DNA from: a virus
Taxonomy: Duplodnaviria; Caudoviricetes
Direction: 5' to 3' (one strand)
Length of the DNA: 33,771 nt
IMG/VR virus record: IMGVR_UViG_3300005837_000416
Coordinates: 1 to 33,771 of that record
Made by a program: the position numbers and the translations under genes
In this document: positions 25,645 to 33,771 of the stretch, in pieces
Layout of the letters: each line of letters opens with the position of its first letter
Position numbering within the stretch: position 1 is the stretch's first letter
The notes under the pieces: generated by a model
Database searches by the model: none
Seen by the model: only the letters and a program-made list of their open reading frames with translations
What the model was told of the DNA's origin: nothing

Positions 25645-26519
25645 TAAAACTCCGTAATATGATCTAAAAGGTCTGACAGACCTTTGGACATGAAATACTT
25701 GTACATAGAACCACGCGGGGGTGGTTCAGTAATTTCAAATGTATTTATGATACTAGAAGAAACCTCTTCTGGGATACAATCAAAGTCAATAAGGATACGA
25801 TTGCGTTCATAGTTCTTTGCAGTCTCCTCAGTACAGAATTCTTCTGGAGACATCTGAGACCATGCAGCAATCTTTGCTTTACCCAGAGGACGTTGACGTT
25901 TGCCTGATGAGAATGTGTCATCACAGGACAGGAAGTTAGGGATACCATCAGAGCGATCACCTTTGAGGATGTGCTCTGCCACAAACTGATGTGGATCTTC
26001 TGCCTCTACAAACTTCTTCTGGATAGGATTGTATTGATGAACGAACCTGAACTTCTGCAACTGCATGAAGTCTTTATCACCACTGAGGATCAATACCTTT
26101 TGTGGTGGTTGCATGTTGTTCTGCAAACGGATGTTTCTATATCCTTGGTCCTTACAGAGGACAGCGATAACATCATCTGCCTCTGCACCATCAACATCAA
26201 TGACTTTGTATGGCATGTTCTCTTTGATCTCTGTCTTGATATTGTTCAAGACCTCAAAGATCATGTGCCAATCATGACTAGACTTCTCTCGATCCTTCTT
26301 ACGTGTCGCCTTGTAGTATTGGAAATACTTACGACGCCAGTAATGCTTACTATCATAGCAAAGAATAAGTTCGCCATACTCCTTACCAAACTTGTTGCGA
26401 TAAGACCGCAGCGAGTTCAATACCATATGGCGAACTAGATCTTCTTGAATTGTATTGTTATGTAGTGTCGAAACCATCAGGTTGCTGATGCAAACCTGAT
26501 TCATATCAATGAGAATCAT
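25644..26519 (-). CDS. rnh: T4-type RNase H (5'-3' exonuclease)
   Basis: MILIDMNQ, YWRR, AEADD, ILSGDKDF.QL, GDRSDGIPN. Confidence 0.95.
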   Translation of the reverse strand: MILIDMNQVCISNLMVSTLHNNTIQEDLVRHMVLNSLRSYRNKFGKEYGELILCYDSKHYWRRKYFQYYKATRKKDREKSSHDWHMIFEVLNNIKTEIKENMPYKVIDVDGAEADDVIAVLCKDQGYRNIRLQNNMQPPQKVLILSGDKDFMQLQKFRFVHQYNPIQKKFVEAEDPHQFVAEHILKGDRSDGIPNFLSCDDTFSSGKRQRPLGKAKIAAWSQMSPEEFCTEETAKNYERNRILIDFDCIPEEVSSSIINTFEITEPPPRGSMYKYFMSKGLSDLLDHITEF

Positions 26520-26525
26520 TAGACC

Positions 26526-26765
26526 TCAGTCATCTTCATCGTCAAGTATATCATCCTCGTCACCTAAATGCAAGTACAAAAGGTCGGATGGGTTGACGGG
26601 TTCACCGTCCTGATACATTTCAGGGTGCATCACCACCGCTGCATACTCAGCACGTTCCTTCCACTCATCAAAAGTCCCCTTGAGATTCCATGATGCCATG
26701 AAACCCAAGAGGAATGCTCCGATGGTAAGGAAGAAAGCGATGAACAGAAAATGCATTTCACTCAT
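26526..26765 (-). CDS. Small membrane-anchored hypothetical protein
   Basis: N-terminal TM helix, HPEM motif, acidic tail; AGGAG RBS; ACTAAATA at 26796-26803. Confidence 0.7.
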   Translation of the reverse strand: MSEMHFLFIAFFLTIGAFLLGFMASWNLKGTFDEWKERAEYAAVVMHPEMYQDGEPVNPSDLLYLHLGDEDDILDDEDD

Positions 26766-26794
26766 GGTGCTCTCTCCTATGTGCGGACTTAAAG

Positions 26795-27169
26795 TTATTT
26801 AGTACGTTTCTTCCTATTCTTTGACCCAGGTTTCCGACCTGGTTTGCGTTCGGCATGGTATTTCCATGCGTCCTCAAGGATACCGTACAAATATGCCTTG
26901 ACTTTCCTTGCCTTAGGTTTAGGGATGTGACCGTATGCTTCCTTGAGTGCTTTATCACCACCCTTGATGTAACCTTCTAGTTCCATGACAGTATCACTAA
27001 GTTCTGCCGCAACACTAGACTCAATAAAGAGATCAGTGTCGCGACGTGACCACCTGTTGTTACTCAGATAGGTGTACATATTAAAAAGAAATTTACCGTT
27101 CAACATCGCCTCATCTAAAGCACGGTCAACGATCGTGAATAGTTCTTCGGTGTCTACAGTCTTACGCAT
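26795..27169 (-). CDS. Conserved hypothetical protein
   Basis: 124 aa; LKEAYGHIPKPKARKV; basic tail. Confidence 0.75.
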   Translation of the reverse strand: MRKTVDTEELFTIVDRALDEAMLNGKFLFNMYTYLSNNRWSRRDTDLFIESSVAAELSDTVMELEGYIKGGDKALKEAYGHIPKPKARKVKAYLYGILEDAWKYHAERKPGRKPGSKNRKKRTK

Positions 27170-27417
27170 TAAAGGAAATTACCCTCACGGAGATATTTGA
27201 CAGTCTCAGTACATCCACCAGTCCTTCTACCAGCGATGATGACCTGAGGGAAAGTGGAACCAGGACCGAACTCTTTATAGAATTGTTCGCGAGTAAACTG
27301 TGCACCCAGACTGTACTTTGTATAAGGCCATCCCTTTGCACGGAATACTTCTTCGATCTTATTGCAGTAAGGACAACCTGCCCTTGTATAGATCATTGCT
27401 GCGCCAGGTGTTGCCAT
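27169..27417 (-). CDS. nrdC: Glutaredoxin
   Basis: GCPYC active site, TFPQV, GG. Confidence 0.92.
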   Translation of the reverse strand: MATPGAAMIYTRAGCPYCNKIEEVFRAKGWPYTKYSLGAQFTREQFYKEFGPGSTFPQVIIAGRRTGGCTETVKYLREGNFL

Positions 27418-27455
27418 AGTAATTAATTAATTTACTTCTATGTATAGTATCAAAT

Positions 27456-27641
27456 TTAATAATTGTCGTCAATGAAAGATTGACATAGATCAGGATTCTT
27501 TTTACACCATGCTCTGACATATGAGTCAGCGTCAACCTCCATGCTGTAGTGTGCATGGTTATGAATGGCACCTATAAGGATGAGAGTACCCACCAGTAAC
27601 ACATTGAAGTGGGTGACGGGAGACGTAAGAATTCTTTTCAT
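27456..27641 (-). CDS. Small membrane hypothetical protein
   Basis: 61 aa with TM segment and HNHAHY motif; extended -10 TGTTATAAT upstream. Confidence 0.6.
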   Translation of the reverse strand: MKRILTSPVTHFNVLLVGTLILIGAIHNHAHYSMEVDADSYVRAWCKKNPDLCQSFIDDNY

Positions 27642-27664
27642 AAAAAAAGGGACCCGTAGGTCCC
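27642..27664 (-). terminator. Intrinsic terminator after the beta-barrel gene
   Basis: GGGACC-TACG-GGTCCC followed by T7. Confidence 0.8.
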
Positions 27665-27684
27665 CTCATTATAACACGATATTA

Positions 27685-28056
27685 TCAGAAGGACCAGGTA
27701 ACACCTGCCTTAGTACCATAACCGTTGTCAGCATCATCGATACCACCAGCGAATGCGAACTCACCATAGATGGAGAGAGATTCAGTAGCAGCGACAGAAG
27801 CACCGACCTTACCAGACAGAACAGTGTCAGACTCACCGCCGTCAGTTGTCACGAAACTAGGACCCACTTGAGCGTAGTATCCAACAGAACCAATGTCACC
27901 AGCGTAACCTACGTGAGCGTCAGTCGTCGTACCAGTGTAGTCAGACCCAGTGAAAGAAGAGTTCGCCTCGACGTTCACGTACGGACCTGCAAAAGCAGCG
28001 GACGGAGCAACCACAGCAGCAGTTGCGGCGAGGGTTGCAATAGCAGTTTTGATCAT
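27685..28056 (-). CDS. Small outer-membrane beta-barrel (porin-like) protein
   Basis: Signal peptide ending AFA, amphipathic strands, C-terminal aromatic beta-signal GTKAGVTWSF. Confidence 0.8.
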   Translation of the reverse strand: MIKTAIATLAATAAVVAPSAAFAGPYVNVEANSSFTGSDYTGTTTDAHVGYAGDIGSVGYYAQVGPSFVTTDGGESDTVLSGKVGASVAATESLSIYGEFAFAGGIDDADNGYGTKAGVTWSF

Positions 28057-28186
28057 TTGTTTTTTACCTTTTGTTTACTTGCGGAATGATTACCCGCAGA
28101 TGATAGCAGACTCGACATGTCTGCGTCAACTGTCACATGAAGAGTGTGCCAGTTGTAATAATCCGTAACAGAAGTGCCACGGACGA
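28057..28186 (-). ncRNA. Candidate structured 5' leader RNA (four hairpins)
   Basis: Consecutive inverted repeats at 28162-28183, 28127-28155, 28106-28124 and 28080-28098 between promoter and ATG. Confidence 0.55.
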
Positions 28187-28187
28187 G

Positions 28188-28222
28188 TATTTATACTATC
28201 AGGACGTTGGACTTTCTGTCAA
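28188..28222 (-). promoter_or_regulatory. Overlapping sigma70 and late promoters
   Basis: TTGACA-18 nt-TAGTAT overlapping TATAAATA (28195-28188). Confidence 0.75.
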
Positions 28223-28232
28223 GTGTGCCAGT

Positions 28233-28565
28233 TTACTTTCTGGTTTTGCGTAGATGGTCCATCATGATTTGCTTGTCCTCTTCGCTGATAGTACGTTCCT
28301 CATCTTCGGGATCGGGATCTGGTGCAGGACGATGCTCCAGAACAGGAATGAATTCTTCCTTCCCAGGAGTATAGTTGATTCTTTCCAATTCGCCAAGGGG
28401 TGACCGCCAATACTTCTGAAGTTTTTTCAGCATTTTCTTGCGACCCTTTGGATCGTTAGGATATTTCTTGAGAACTTCTTGAATCTGTCTCAATTCTCGC
28501 GTGGACTTGGCGAGGGATCGTTCAGCACGTAGTTCCCTCTCACTCCTTCCAAAACCTTCAGGCAT
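28233..28565 (-). CDS. Hypothetical protein
   Basis: 110 aa, charged, co-directional, 3 nt after the upstream stop. Confidence 0.65.
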   Translation of the reverse strand: MPEGFGRSERELRAERSLAKSTRELRQIQEVLKKYPNDPKGRKKMLKKLQKYWRSPLGELERINYTPGKEEFIPVLEHRPAPDPDPEDEERTISEEDKQIMMDHLRKTRK

Positions 28566-28568
28566 AAT

Positions 28569-31500
28569 TTAGTCTGGTCTGTGATTAGCGTTTACAAATT
28601 CGGCACTCCAAGCATCAATCTCTGCTTGTATGTTGTACTTGGTTGTTGCGCCTGTTGTTTCTGGATCGGTGGAGGAAACCTGAACTCGGAATCTAATTCG
28701 ATCCTCTGCCTTTTCACTGCACCAATACCAAACCTTAGAGTTTTTATTGTGGGACTCTTGATAGATCGCCTCGTAAGGTGTTCTAGTAGGAGTATGCCCT
28801 CTGTTTCCTCTTCGGTTGGTTCTACCATTATCGTATATAGGAGACCTTTCGTCAAGGTTACCTTGAATCTTAGAGTGATACACCCACTCCTTCTTCATCT
28901 TGAAGTTTGATTCTTGATCAGGATAGAACGGTGAGTTTGCTGGGTTCTCAATCTCCTTATCTCTAGTAGGAGGATAAGTTAACTCAAAGGACTGACCAGC
29001 AGCATAGTTTGTACCAGCATCCAAGATCTCTACGACTTCAACCCATACGATTTGACGTTCATACTTACGTTTGCCTCTTCTGTAGGTTGTATAAGGATCA
29101 CCTTGTGCCTTATCACCTGTGTTAGTAGCAATCGGCATGAACATCACACGTATCTTAGCGTCACCTAGAGGTGATTGCTCATCTCTCAGATAGTAATCAT
29201 GGAACCATGCATCTGGGTGGAAGTTTGTATAGACCTGAGGGTTTGCCTTGGATCCATCCAAGTATCCAGCACTATCCAGAGCAGCGTAGATCTCATCAGG
29301 AGTATCATCACCTGGATTTTCATTTGGATCATATATGTCAGCATCAGAATTATTAAGTTGCAATCTGTTAGGTTGATCTGCCCACCAACCAAGTAGTCCA
29401 CGGTCATGTAAACGATAATACCTAGACTGTACAAATCCACCTTGCTGACCACCAAGAGAACCACTGATGTTACTAGCACCACCAGGTCTGTTAGGAAGTG
29501 CCAGTGCTTCTGTTCTAGACGTTGCGAATGATGGGAAGTCTAAGTATTTCTTTACGTTTGTACCCATGTGTGGACCTGTGTCACCGTAGGACACAAGGTA
29601 TCCACCATAACCAAAGATACGTTTAACAGCATTGCTACCAAACTCATCGTTATCTCTGTTGTAATTACCGCTGACGATCTTGGAGTCAGGTTCCTCGATG
29701 AAGATACCACCGTAACGTTGTCCATTGAACGTTCTAGTGTCGCCATAGAACTGGGACTCAATAGATTCATCACCGTATTGATCTGGACCGATGGTTGAAC
29801 ACTGATCGATTTGATTCTGTGCACCGTTGATCCAGATAGGAGCACGTACATAATCATCACTGTCACTATTACCGTAACCAGATCCCTGACCACCCTCAGA
29901 CTCACGACCTGAGAAGTATGAGTACACTCTATCGTCACCTCTAGTATTGCCCTTCCTACCATAGGCAGCATCCATGTTAAGACCTTCGATAGAACCACCA
30001 GATGCCACACCATCACCTAGATCATCGGTAACAGTTGCGTTGGCAGGTGTATATCTATCAGAGGTAGACATACTACCCAGGTTAATGGTGAAGTTGTGAT
30101 CAAAGTATGACTCATCGTTGTCATACAGTGCCAGTTTAACTTGGTTCATTGACTGGAAGTTTGCTTTGTGGATGTCAACCACAGTCAACCTAAGTTTGTC
30201 CTTACGTGTTACCTGTAGGTTGTCAACAAAGACGTTACCAATCTCTGGCCATCTCTTCATCGTAAATGTATCTTCCCAGATTGTAGTCCAACTACCATTG
30301 AGAGGTTTTCTCTCCAGTCTGAGTGTGAATCTCATACATTCACCCATGACACTGGAAGTGATAGAACCAAATGCCATCAATTTGAAACTACCATTAGCAA
30401 TAACTTTGATAGTCTGTCGCTTGTTTAGTTTAGATGTGTACTTACCAGTACACTTACCACATTCATACTCTGTACCAGCATCCTTGTCACCCATCTCTAG
30501 TGCACCGCACTTAGTTCTGATGACAGTTACATCCTTGAATGTACCGTTGAACTTACGTGGATCACACGGTGTCCTCTGTACGTTAGGTAGGAATACTTTC
30601 TCTGGGTTTGGATCACGATAAACATAACACTGAATACCCTCATACAGGTATCCAGAACCGTTCCATGCCAGGTTATACAAGACCTTAAAGTCATCGTAGT
30701 CTTCATCACCATCAAGAAGATCTTCCCACCATTGGAATCTACCTTGCAGTCTGGTGAAGTCTTTGTCCTTCCAGTTTAGTCTGGCATCAGAGAACATAGA
30801 CAAGTTCTGTTGAGCGGAACTGAGATTACATCTCCATCCACCTTCGTTGCTAGTCTCAGAGAACGTAACAGTATCACCATCATTCACACTGTTCTCATCG
30901 TTTCCATCAGGAACGATAAAGAATCCTAGGTATCCACCAGCAAACTCCTTGAGTTTATTCAATGGAATCTTCATGACACCAAGACCAGTTGAGTTGGTGC
31001 CATCTGCTTTGATTATCTGACCGTAGGAGGGTTCAGGAGCAGCCTTGTTGACGCCTAGGGATGGTCTCTGAGCAAGATAGTACCCCCAACAGTTTTCGTA
31101 CCCTGCAGCACCCTTGTGGATGTCGTAGAAGATGAACAGAGAAGACTTAGGATTGTATGGGATCGGATAGATCTGGTATCTCTTGATGATCTGCGGTGGA
31201 CCAAACTGATCGTCGATGTCATACCTGTGGTCAAAGTCAATCGACCCACCACTGTATGCCATGAAATACCTATGCAGTGCTGCAATCTCTTCCTTCTCAC
31301 CGATGTATGGAAGTGATTTCTGCTTGTCTTTGAATACATATCCAAGGATTTCACCTTGTGCCATGCCAGAATTGTCCATGGTCGAACGCTCACCTGCACC
31401 TGGTGAGTCAGGTTGACCTGGATTTGTAGTCAGGAAGGTATCAACACGACTGCTTGAATAGAATCGGAACAGAGGAACGGTTCCCCTTGCTTCATCCTTC

Positions 31501-32768
31501 AGAATATAGAACACAGGATCAGGACTGGTCAGTGTGTATCCTGATGGAGCACTTGACTCTAAATGGTATGCATGGTTGAGACCACTACCACCAGATGTAA
31601 TCTCGATCTCAACTTCTAATGACTTTCCTTTCTTAGGTGTAGAAGAGAATGTCCCTGTAAATGATTGACCTACTGTTAACGAACTGGGATTAGGACAAGA
31701 TACGATTCTCCACTCTGAGTCCATGTCACCATCACTGGTGTCTCCTCTACCTTCAATAGTAAATCCATTGAAGGATAGGGATATAGTTTGTCCGTTGCTC
31801 TGGAAATACTCAGCACCATTTTCCATCTTCTGCCACTTACCATTCCATGTACCATCAGATTTGGTGGTCATGACATTTTTGTTATGGTTACCTGGTCCCA
31901 TGAACACACGCATGACAGGTATACCAATCTCAGAACCAGAATTCAGTGTGCTCTCGTAGACACCAACTCTGTCAGGGAAACAGTTCTTGATACAGATTCG
32001 ATCTTGATTTGCATGCCACCCTCTAGGTACATAGGACTCACAGTCTCCTCTAGGGGGTTTCCAGGTGCCTGTAGCGTACGGTCTGAACAAACACTCCAAG
32101 GTCTGCTCAACACACGTCTCCCACCCCTCATTGTACTGTCCTGGGTCCTCCTTACAGATGAGTATTTCACCAGTCTCGGTGTCTTTATACTCATCGCCAC
32201 TGAGAAGCACCACAGTGCCGTCTAGAAGACCCACGCGGATCCTTTCACAGTCACCATCAGGGTCATAGTGTGGCCAACCTGGTTGTCCTGGGTCGGGAAC
32301 TTGTAATTTAATCTCAGGACCCTGTTGACACACGAGTCCATTCGCCAGGTCAGGGAAGAAGTCACACATCCATGACCAACCTGGGTCTAGATCCACCTTG
32401 AATGATGGTGGTGGATCAGGTGTTCTAACTTCGGGCAGAGTAACAGGTGCCACATCGGGATAGCATCGACCGATGATCTCTCTGATAACGTCGTTAGGAT
32501 TTAATTCTGGTGGTGCTGACGGTTCAACATACTCTGGAGGTGCCAAGTCACCACGAGTAGGTGGTGGAGGTGGAGTCTCATCGTCATAGCATCGACCCCT
32601 CTCACCAAGATCATCTTGTGTTACCTCATTACCTGTAGGGTCCGAGGCAGGCGGCGGCGGAGGGTCAAACCGTTGCTCAGGGTTTGATCCATCATTTGCT
32701 GGGTTGGGTTGTAGATTTAGATCATCGTCATCACCGTAACAATGAGGACCACCGCCACTGTTAGTCAT
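28569..32768 (-). CDS. Large putative virion structural protein with DUF4114-like domain
   Basis: 1399 aa; Pro-rich N-terminus; GFFIVPDG...WEDLLDGDEDYDD motif; VPLFRFY/LHRYF repeats; TCTAAATA at 32792-32799. Confidence 0.7.
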   Translation of the reverse strand: MTNSGGGPHCYGDDDDLNLQPNPANDGSNPEQRFDPPPPPASDPTGNEVTQDDLGERGRCYDDETPPPPPTRGDLAPPEYVEPSAPPELNPNDVIREIIGRCYPDVAPVTLPEVRTPDPPPSFKVDLDPGWSWMCDFFPDLANGLVCQQGPEIKLQVPDPGQPGWPHYDPDGDCERIRVGLLDGTVVLLSGDEYKDTETGEILICKEDPGQYNEGWETCVEQTLECLFRPYATGTWKPPRGDCESYVPRGWHANQDRICIKNCFPDRVGVYESTLNSGSEIGIPVMRVFMGPGNHNKNVMTTKSDGTWNGKWQKMENGAEYFQSNGQTISLSFNGFTIEGRGDTSDGDMDSEWRIVSCPNPSSLTVGQSFTGTFSSTPKKGKSLEVEIEITSGGSGLNHAYHLESSAPSGYTLTSPDPVFYILKDEARGTVPLFRFYSSSRVDTFLTTNPGQPDSPGAGERSTMDNSGMAQGEILGYVFKDKQKSLPYIGEKEEIAALHRYFMAYSGGSIDFDHRYDIDDQFGPPQIIKRYQIYPIPYNPKSSLFIFYDIHKGAAGYENCWGYYLAQRPSLGVNKAAPEPSYGQIIKADGTNSTGLGVMKIPLNKLKEFAGGYLGFFIVPDGNDENSVNDGDTVTFSETSNEGGWRCNLSSAQQNLSMFSDARLNWKDKDFTRLQGRFQWWEDLLDGDEDYDDFKVLYNLAWNGSGYLYEGIQCYVYRDPNPEKVFLPNVQRTPCDPRKFNGTFKDVTVIRTKCGALEMGDKDAGTEYECGKCTGKYTSKLNKRQTIKVIANGSFKLMAFGSITSSVMGECMRFTLRLERKPLNGSWTTIWEDTFTMKRWPEIGNVFVDNLQVTRKDKLRLTVVDIHKANFQSMNQVKLALYDNDESYFDHNFTINLGSMSTSDRYTPANATVTDDLGDGVASGGSIEGLNMDAAYGRKGNTRGDDRVYSYFSGRESEGGQGSGYGNSDSDDYVRAPIWINGAQNQIDQCSTIGPDQYGDESIESQFYGDTRTFNGQRYGGIFIEEPDSKIVSGNYNRDNDEFGSNAVKRIFGYGGYLVSYGDTGPHMGTNVKKYLDFPSFATSRTEALALPNRPGGASNISGSLGGQQGGFVQSRYYRLHDRGLLGWWADQPNRLQLNNSDADIYDPNENPGDDTPDEIYAALDSAGYLDGSKANPQVYTNFHPDAWFHDYYLRDEQSPLGDAKIRVMFMPIATNTGDKAQGDPYTTYRRGKRKYERQIVWVEVVEILDAGTNYAAGQSFELTYPPTRDKEIENPANSPFYPDQESNFKMKKEWVYHSKIQGNLDERSPIYDNGRTNRRGNRGHTPTRTPYEAIYQESHNKNSKVWYWCSEKAEDRIRFRVQVSSTDPETTGATTKYNIQAEIDAWSAEFVNANHRPD

Positions 32769-32783
32769 TCAACTTATATGTCT

Positions 32784-33452
32784 TTACTTCTTATTTAGAT
32801 ACCCATTCTCGACCAACCATTCGCGAGTCATAGGGGTAGGTTCATACACCTCCCACATATTACCATCAGCACATGCTTCTAGTGCTGCCTGAGTCATACC
32901 CTCAGTGCGTCCTGCCCATCCTGCTTCTGCTTCCCAAGGCACAGCAGCATCGGGATATGTACGCTCTGCCAACACACGCCAGATCATAGGCACCTCTTCT
33001 TCAGGTTTGATGATAGCAATCAAACTATTATTAATGGTGCCTGCCATACAATCCTGTGCTGCATGCCATCCTTCATGACGCATCAGTTGCATCAGGATAT
33101 GTGGTTCATACATGTATGCTTTGTTCAGATATACATTGTTGCTCACAGTATGATACACACCACGATGCATCACTGGGAAGTAACGTTCATCAGCAAGATA
33201 TACTTTGATACCAATGCGATTCATTGTCAACAGCATACGATTAAATTCATCTGCTACTGGTGTGAACTCTTCAGTATTATCATACTGTGAACTGATGTCC
33301 AACAGAGAGTGTACTTCCTCCACATCTTTTGTGCACTCACGTACTAGCATACAACCCATGGCATCCATGCTGTTGTAACCCTTGGTAATCTTTGATTCGT
33401 CTGCCATGACTGGTGTAGAGAGTGTCAGTGCAGCGAGGATATATTTCCACAT
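32784..33452 (-). CDS. Secreted HExxH zinc-metallopeptidase-like protein
   Basis: Start at MWKYILAALTLSTPVMA (signal peptide); RGVYH, MRHEGWHAAQDC, WEAEA. Confidence 0.75.
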   Translation of the reverse strand: MWKYILAALTLSTPVMADESKITKGYNSMDAMGCMLVRECTKDVEEVHSLLDISSQYDNTEEFTPVADEFNRMLLTMNRIGIKVYLADERYFPVMHRGVYHTVSNNVYLNKAYMYEPHILMQLMRHEGWHAAQDCMAGTINNSLIAIIKPEEEVPMIWRVLAERTYPDAAVPWEAEAGWAGRTEGMTQAALEACADGNMWEVYEPTPMTREWLVENGYLNKK

Positions 33453-33477
33453 AAAAAGAGGGTCATAAGACCCCCAA

Positions 33478-33506
33478 AGTATAGCACCCAACTTGGATTT
33501 TGCCAA
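33478..33506 (-). promoter_or_regulatory. Sigma70-type promoter with overlapping inverted repeat
   Basis: TTGGCA-17 nt-TATACT with extended TG; CAACTTGG/CCAAGTTG inverted repeat at 33489-33510. Confidence 0.6.
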
Positions 33507-33542
33507 GTTGTTTAGCGGCGACGATATAAAAACTATATAGGC

Positions 33543-33574
33543 AAAAAAATACCCCGAATTTTTTTTCGGGGTAT
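33543..33574 (-). terminator. Intrinsic terminator after psbD
   Basis: ATACCCCGAA-A6-TTCGGGGTAT followed by a T-run, 8 nt after the psbD stop. Confidence 0.8.
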
Positions 33575-33582
33575 CTGTAAAC

Positions 33583-33771
33583 TCAAAGTGCATTTCCCCT
33601 GGGGAGAACTTCCTCTGGGAATACAAAGTTTTCATGTGGTTGATCCACTGGTGCCAACCATGTGCGAAGTCCTTCATTCAAGAGGATGTTCTTCGTGTAG
33701 AACGTCTCAAATTCAGGATCCTCTGCAGCTCTGATCTCTTGAGATACAAAATCATAAGCACGGAGGTTAAG
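33583..33771 (-). CDS. psbD: Photosystem II D2 protein, C-terminal 62 aa (5' part outside the window; not in ORF track)
   Basis: [62 protein letters not shown]. Confidence 0.98.
   Translation of the reverse strand, partial: LNLRAYDFVSQEIRAAEDPEFETFYTKNILLNEGLRTWLAPVDQPHENFVFPEEVLPRGNAL

Noticed and set aside
33596-33604. CCCCTGGGG palindrome similar to CCCTGGGG at 20208 and CCCCAGG near 2377
   Set aside because: Lies in psbD Pro-Arg-Gly codons and is too short to be significant
33453-33677. 75-aa N-terminal extension of the 297-aa ORF in the track
   Set aside because: It overlaps psbD in another frame plus a terminator and promoter; the signal peptide starts at 33452

Overview
A 33.8-kb segment of a T4-like marine cyanophage (myovirus, Kyanoviridae-type, probably infecting Synechococcus), almost entirely on the minus strand. 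In transcription order (right to left) it carries: the 3' end of psbD (missed by the ORF track), a secreted HExxH protein, a 1399-aa putative virion protein, a small outer-membrane beta-barrel gene with a structured leader, glutaredoxin, RNase H, thyX, phoH, an exonuclease, gp33 and gp32. A baseplate/tail module follows (gp53 and gp48 on +; gp4, gp2, a tube-like protein, gp26, gp51, two tape-measure-like paralogs with different murein hydrolases, a hub protein, gp5), interleaved with CP12, a 2OG-Fe(II) oxygenase and a CpeT-like lyase. The left end has small ORFs, tRNA-Thr(UGU), an HNH endonuclease and fibre-like structural genes. The strongest unexplained signal is a candidate programmed -1 frameshift (T TTT TTC plus a hairpin 7 nt downstream) that would fuse gp26 to gp51, like lambda gpG/gpGT. 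Others are the four-hairpin leader of the beta-barrel gene, two adjacent toxin-less antitoxin-like ORFs, and a 22-nt non-coding motif repeated 13 kb apart. All calls come from reading motifs by eye; no database searches were run.
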